This document shows, in pieces, positions 59,779 to 64,000 of a DNA stretch of 64,000 nucleotides. The translations under genes were made by a program, and so were the position numbers. The notes beneath the pieces are model-generated. The model searched no databases, was not told the DNA's origin, and saw nothing but the letters and a program-made list of their open reading frames with translations. Origin of the DNA: Patescibacteria group bacterium (GTDB taxonomy: Bacteria > Patescibacteriota > UBA1384 > XYA2-FULL-43-10 > 1-14-0-10-43-13). The stretch covers positions 494,564 to 558,563 of the forward strand of contig JBAZNP010000001.1 in NCBI GenBank assembly GCA_041649155.1, in the 5' to 3' direction. Every line of letters starts with the position of its first letter. Within the stretch, counting starts at the first letter, position 1.

Positions 59779-60519
59779 ATGAGAAGACCAATGGTGGTGG
59801 GGAACTGGAAAATGTATACAGAGGCATCAGATGCTCATGTTTTGGCTACTTCAATAAGAAACTATGTTTCCAATATTAAAGAAATTGAGATAGTCCTTTG
59901 TCCTCCAATAATTTGGCTTTCTGAAATTTTGTCGATTGTCGGGAAAGGCGGAAGAATTGAACTGGGTGCGCAGAATATGTTCTATGAAAAAGAGGGTCCT
60001 TATACTGGTGAAATTTCCCCTATGATGATTAAAAATCTGGCCAAGTATGTAATTATTGGTCATTCTGAGAGAAGAGAGCATTTTGGAGAAACAAATCTAG
60101 ATGTCAACGAAAAAGTAATCGTTGCATTGCGGGCTGGACTTTATCCGATTATTTGTGTTGGGGAAAAGAAAAAATCTGTTAATTATCCGACAAGTGTAGT
60201 AAACCAGCTTAAGGAAGCTTTGGCTCATGTGCCTAAAAAATATTACGCACAAGTAGTGATAGCCTATGAGCCTGTTTGGGCGATTGGTACTGGAGAAAAT
60301 GCCGATCCTGAGTATGCAGCCAAGGTAATTTCGCAATTAAGGCAGCTTGTTTTACGTGATTCCCCTATTTTATATGGCGGAAGTGTTAATTCGAAAAATG
60401 CGGCAGGATTTGCAAACAGACCGGAAATTGACGGTTTATTGGTCGGCGGTGCAAGTTTAAGGGCATCTGAATTTGTTAAAATTTGCTCAACATGGGCAGA
60501 GAAGAAAAGTTTTAAGTAA
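59779..60519 (+). CDS. tpiA: triosephosphate isomerase
   Basis: VVGNWKM, IIGHSERR, YEPVWAIGTG. Confidence 0.9.
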   Translation: MRRPMVVGNWKMYTEASDAHVLATSIRNYVSNIKEIEIVLCPPIIWLSEILSIVGKGGRIELGAQNMFYEKEGPYTGEISPMMIKNLAKYVIIGHSERREHFGETNLDVNEKVIVALRAGLYPIICVGEKKKSVNYPTSVVNQLKEALAHVPKKYYAQVVIAYEPVWAIGTGENADPEYAAKVISQLRQLVLRDSPILYGGSVNSKNAAGFANRPEIDGLLVGGASLRASEFVKICSTWAEKKSFK

Positions 60520-60522
60520 TTA

Positions 60523-60615
60523 TACAGATAGCGAATAAAACGAATAAAAACTAATAACTATTTAATAAATCTTCGCTTAAATTAGTTATATTAGCTTTCT
60601 GTATTGAAGGAGGAG
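60523..60615 (+). repeat. conserved leader element (copy 2; upstream of gap)
   Basis: GCGAATAAAACGAATAAAAACTA...TTCGCTTAAATTAGTTATATTAGCTTTCTGTATTG then RBS GGAGGAGG. Confidence 0.7.
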
Positions 60616-60620
60616 GAAAT

Positions 60621-61610
60621 ATGAAAATTGCAATCAATGGTTTTGGCAGGATCGGCAGGGCGGCTGCAAAAATTATTTTAGATAAACCTAATCTCGAGCT
60701 TGTGGCGGTCAATGACTTAGGCGATTTGCCAACTTTGGCTCACTTATTGAAATATGATAGCTGCTATGGCGTTTATTGCAAAGAGGTCGGATATGATGAA
60801 AACGAAATCATCATAAATAATCATAAGGTTTTGTTCTATTCCGAAAAAGATCCTTCCAAATTGCCATGGGCGGAGCTTGGAGTAGATGTAGTGATCGAGT
60901 CAACTGGTATATTTTTAACAAAAGAAGCTGCGAAGGCTCACTTGGATGCCGGTGCTAAAAAAGTGGTTCTTTCTGCTCCTGCGAAAGATGAGACACCGAC
61001 TTTTGTGATTGGTGTCAATGAAAAGAAATATGCTGGTGAAAAAATTGTCTCAAATGCATCTTGTACGACGAACTGTATAGCACCTGTGATGAAAGTTCTG
61101 GAAGATTGCTTTGGTGTCGAGAAATCGTTAATGACAACGATCCATTCTTATACTGCTGACCAAAATCTTGTTGATGGTCCACACAAGGATTTGAGAAGAG
61201 CAAGGGCAGCGGCAGTTAATATTGTGCCCACTACCACAGGAGCAGCAAAGGCAGCTTTTAAAACCATCCCTACTCTTGAGGGCAGGTTTGATGGATTGGC
61301 AATTAGAGTTCCGACTCCGGTTGTTTCTCTAGCTGATATCACAGCAGTTCTAAAAAAGAATACTTCAATTGAAGAAATTAATAAGAAATTTTCTGAGGCA
61401 AGTGAAGGAGAATATTCTGATATTTTTATTACTAGCGAAGAACCATTGGTTTCTTCTGATCTGGTTATGAATCCAGCTTCTTCGATAGTCGATTTACCGC
61501 TAACACAAGTTGTTAAAGGTGACTTGGTTAAGGTTGTTGCTTGGTACGATAATGAATGGGGATACTCCAATCGACTCGTTGAGCTAGCTCAACTCGTCTC
61601 AAATTATTAA
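60621..61610 (+). CDS. gap: glyceraldehyde-3-phosphate dehydrogenase
   Basis: INGFGRIGR, ASCTTNCIAP, WYDNEWGYS. Confidence 0.9.
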   Translation: MKIAINGFGRIGRAAAKIILDKPNLELVAVNDLGDLPTLAHLLKYDSCYGVYCKEVGYDENEIIINNHKVLFYSEKDPSKLPWAELGVDVVIESTGIFLTKEAAKAHLDAGAKKVVLSAPAKDETPTFVIGVNEKKYAGEKIVSNASCTTNCIAPVMKVLEDCFGVEKSLMTTIHSYTADQNLVDGPHKDLRRARAAAVNIVPTTTGAAKAAFKTIPTLEGRFDGLAIRVPTPVVSLADITAVLKKNTSIEEINKKFSEASEGEYSDIFITSEEPLVSSDLVMNPASSIVDLPLTQVVKGDLVKVVAWYDNEWGYSNRLVELAQLVSNY

Positions 61611-61660
61611 TTTTCAATTTATAATTTATAAAAAATTTTAAATTTTAAATTCCACTGGAG

Positions 61661-61888
61661 GTGGACATGTGTTTAGCTGTTCCTGGAAAAGTTAAAAAAA
61701 TTGAAGAAAGTTTTGCTTATTTTGATTTTGACAATAAAGAATACAAGGCAGATATTTCTTTGGCGCCAGAAGTAAAGGTTGGCGATTGGATTTTAATGCA
61801 TGACGGAAGAGCTTTGTCTAAAATTTCTCAAAAAGAAGCAAGAGAAAACCTGGAGTTTATTAAAACCCACGAAGAGATGGCCAAATAG
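61661..61888 (+). CDS. hypC: [NiFe]-hydrogenase maturation chaperone HypC/HupF family
   Basis: N-terminal MCLAVPGKV. Alignable to the HypC consensus (DF...VGDW.L.H.G.A......EA.E.L). Confidence 0.7.
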   Translation: MDMCLAVPGKVKKIEESFAYFDFDNKEYKADISLAPEVKVGDWILMHDGRALSKISQKEARENLEFIKTHEEMAK

Positions 61889-61917
61889 TGGAAGGTGGAA
61901 GGTAGAGGGTGGAAGGG
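61888..61917 (+). repeat. left inverted repeat of four-helix-bundle cassette (GTGGAAGG tandem heptamers)
   Basis: GTGGAAGGTGGAAGGTAGAGGGTGGAAGGG. Partner at 62285-62307 reads GTGGAGGGTAGAAGGTAGAAAGG in reverse complement. Confidence 0.6.
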
Positions 61918-61919
61918 AA

Positions 61920-62276
61920 TTATTTTGCTTTTCTATTATTAATCAAAGCCGATATCATTCGACTCAGAGGTTTTCTGATTTTATCAAGGCAATCAAATTC
62001 GATCTGAGATATATATTTCAATTCTTTCGCAATGGTAAATAATGTATCTAGTTCATTACAGGAACCCAATGCGATATATAAAAACTGTATAAATTCTTTG
62101 TTTGAATTTCGACCGTATCCTTCAGCAATATTCGCAGGTATCGATACTGCTGCCCTATTGATCTGAGAGATAAGACCATAAATTTCTGATTTCGGAAATT
62201 TTGAGGTTGCCTCATAACACAAAATCGTTAACTCTATTCCGTCTTGCCAGATCTTCAAATTTCTATAACCTCCCAC
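61920..62276 (-). CDS. four-helix-bundle protein (23S rRNA intervening-sequence protein family, TIGR02436-like)
   Basis: ISQINRAAVSIPANIAEGYGRNSNKEFIQFLYIALGSCNELDT matches the family consensus. Confidence 0.75.
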   Translation of the reverse strand: MGGYRNLKIWQDGIELTILCYEATSKFPKSEIYGLISQINRAAVSIPANIAEGYGRNSNKEFIQFLYIALGSCNELDTLFTIAKELKYISQIEFDCLDKIRKPLSRMISALINNRKAK

Positions 62277-62284
62277 ACTAAAAT

Positions 62285-62307
62285 CCTTTCTACCTTCTAC
62301 CCTCCAC
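62285..62307 (+). repeat. right inverted repeat of four-helix-bundle cassette
   Basis: CCTTTCTACCTTCTACCCTCCAC. Confidence 0.6.
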
Positions 62308-62309
62308 TT

Positions 62310-63104
62310 TTAGAGATCTTTATTTTTAAAGATAAATATAGAACTAATCAATCCCGCTAGTAATATTCCTAGCAGTATTTCAATGTGCAATAAATTTAAA
62401 TTGCCTGTTTCGAGGAGTTTTTGTGGGTCGTAAGTATAAAAGAGAGAAAACTTGTCATAATCTTTTAATTTATCAACTAATTTTGTCATAGCGGTAAAAA
62501 CATATAGGCCTATTACGATAGAAAGTGTGGCTGAGGCGACGGTAATTTTACTCTTTACCAGGGAAGAAATTAAAATAGCGATTCCATATATTGACCATAA
62601 AAATATTATTGCCATAATCGAGAAGGCAATCAAGCCTTTAAAACTAATATCCACGTTGTAAAGTTTGCATAGGATAAAAATGGAAAGACTTGTGGCCTTA
62701 ACCAATAAGGCAGTGTAAAAGAGGCTGACGACAGCTTCAGACAGAACTAATTTTGTTCTCGAAATTGGCTGGGAAAGCTGGAATTCAATAGTTTTCTTCT
62801 CGATTGCTCCGGCAATAGTGGAACCGGCAGATGAAGCGACATAAAAAGCAATGATGATAATAAAAAATAGTGATAAAAATTCCATTGAGATAAATCCCTC
62901 GAATTTGGCAAGACTTATCATGTCGCTTGCGCCGAAAAATTTCAAAAGTTCCTTTGGATAGGCTGCATACATTTTTTCCAAGTCTACCTGTTGTATTGTG
63001 GGATAAAGTCCAACGATCATCCAAGCGTACGCAAAAAGACCGGTGAAATAATAAATTATACTTTTGAATTGCTCTTTAATTTTTTGAATAATGATGTTGA
63101 ACAT
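62310..63104 (-). CDS. ABC-2 type transporter permease
   Basis: Six predicted TMs. Start MFNIIIQKI at 63104; ORF open to 63167. Confidence 0.65.
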   Translation of the reverse strand: MFNIIIQKIKEQFKSIIYYFTGLFAYAWMIVGLYPTIQQVDLEKMYAAYPKELLKFFGASDMISLAKFEGFISMEFLSLFFIIIIAFYVASSAGSTIAGAIEKKTIEFQLSQPISRTKLVLSEAVVSLFYTALLVKATSLSIFILCKLYNVDISFKGLIAFSIMAIIFLWSIYGIAILISSLVKSKITVASATLSIVIGLYVFTAMTKLVDKLKDYDKFSLFYTYDPQKLLETGNLNLLHIEILLGILLAGLISSIFIFKNKDL

Positions 63105-63241
63105 AGTATTTTTCAGAAATGGATAGCGAATGTGTACTAATGGCAAATATGCGAATTTTAACCTCACCCAACCTCTCCTTGTAAAGGAGAGGAGCTATTA
63201 GTAAATTAGCTATTGGTTCAATTAGCCATCCATTGTTAATT

Positions 63242-64000
63242 TTATTTATAATAATGCATAAATATGTCTTCAAGCGATGGTTCGGAAATTTTAATGTCCG
63301 AAATGTTGAACTTGGAGATTCTCTTAATTATGTCTCCATTATTGCCAACCGTAATCAAATTATAACCGTTTCTTACTCGCTCAATTTTTTTTACGCCCGC
63401 GCTTCGAAGTTTTAGCAGGGGAATGGCCTCGGCGGTTTCTATATATACATTTCGGATATTTTTATTTCTGAAATCTTCAATGTTTTCTATTCTTAATAAT
63501 TTACCATTTTTTATAATTCCAACACGATCACAGGTTTTTTCAGCTTCTTCTAGAATGTGCGTAGAAAAAAAAGTGGTCGCTCCCCATTCTTTAGCCTCCA
63601 AAATTAAATCGTAGAAAGTTTGCTGGTTGAGTGGATCAAGTCCAGAAGTTGGTTCGTCCAAAATCAGGAGTTTCGGTTTGTGCATCATTGCCAAAATTAT
63701 TGCCAGTTTCTGTTTGTTGCCCTTAGAATAATCACCAACTTTTCTGTTTACATCAAGGCCCAATTTTTTGATTATTGATTTTAAATATTTTTTATCGATA
63801 TTTTTCTTGAAACCGGAAATATATTTAATACATTTTATTCCTGTCATATTTTCGGGTAAATATATTTCTCCTGGCAGAAAACCAATGTTCTGACGTATTT
63901 TGATAGAGCTTTTAATAGTATCTAAACCAAATATACGGACTGATCCTTTTGTTGGCCTAACTAAGTCGAGAAGAAGCTTGATGGTTGTGGTCTTTCCTGC
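63242..64000 (-). CDS. ABC transporter ATP-binding protein (5' end beyond window)
   Basis: The frame continues to the window edge. Walker A AGKTTTIK on the reverse strand at about 63975, signature YSKGNKQKL, Walker B LLILDEPTSGLD. Confidence 0.85.
   Translation of the reverse strand, partial: AGKTTTIKLLLDLVRPTKGSVRIFGLDTIKSSIKIRQNIGFLPGEIYLPENMTGIKCIKYISGFKKNIDKKYLKSIIKKLGLDVNRKVGDYSKGNKQKLAIILAMMHKPKLLILDEPTSGLDPLNQQTFYDLILEAKEWGATTFFSTHILEEAEKTCDRVGIIKNGKLLRIENIEDFRNKNIRNVYIETAEAIPLLKLRSAGVKKIERVRNGYNLITVGNNGDIIKRISKFNISDIKISEPSLEDIFMHYYK

Noticed and set aside
61148-61570. 140-aa minus-strand ORF opposite gap
   Set aside because: Antisense to GAPDH.

Overview
This window is a low-GC (about 38%), gene-dense bacterial chromosomal segment. 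It is dominated by core housekeeping genes. The truncated AlaRS, ProRS and UvrC and the reduced domain architectures suggest a Patescibacteria/CPR-like genome, but this is inference. Translation genes: rpsA, rpsB, tsf, pyrH, frr, rpmE, prfA, prmC, alaS, lysS, serS, proS, gatC, gatA, gatB, hpf. Cell envelope and division genes: ftsA, mreB, mreC, mreD, mrdA, ftsE, ftsX, an M23 peptidase, ctpA, mltG, slt, rseP, htrA, htpX, lemA. Other core genes: secA, ligA, a UvrC-like gene, greA, a sigma-70 factor, tpiA, gap. There are three tRNAs: Val-TAC, Leu-GAG and Leu-TAA. The unusual content is mostly non-coding or small. (1) A dense family of roughly 80-135 bp palindromic elements with GTCATYCCGAS termini; at least 11 copies, three of them lying in-frame inside secA, the UvrC-like gene and the N-terminus of prmC, reminiscent of Rickettsia palindromic elements (RPE). 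(2) A second in-frame palindromic element (CCACCGAAGGTGG-GCAGGCGCCCCTGC) inside gatA, the UvrC-like gene and, degenerately, ftsE. (3) A duplicated secA 3' end around a hairpin insertion. (4) A gene flanked by inverted copies of the family-1 element. (5) A GC-richer mini-island beside tRNA-Leu with two tandem paralogous small-protein genes. (6) A triple-HTH protein gene carrying a duplicated copy of the mreB 5' leader. (7) Three tandem STAS-domain (anti-sigma antagonist) paralogs with no kinase in the window. (8) A gatCAB cluster interrupted by a membrane cyclophilin and a HEPN-like gene. (9) A four-helix-bundle (IVS-type) gene cassette bounded by inverted repeats beside an orphan hypC. Several further conserved intergenic repeat families were also seen. 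No CRISPR array, rRNA or recognisable transposase or integrase genes were found.
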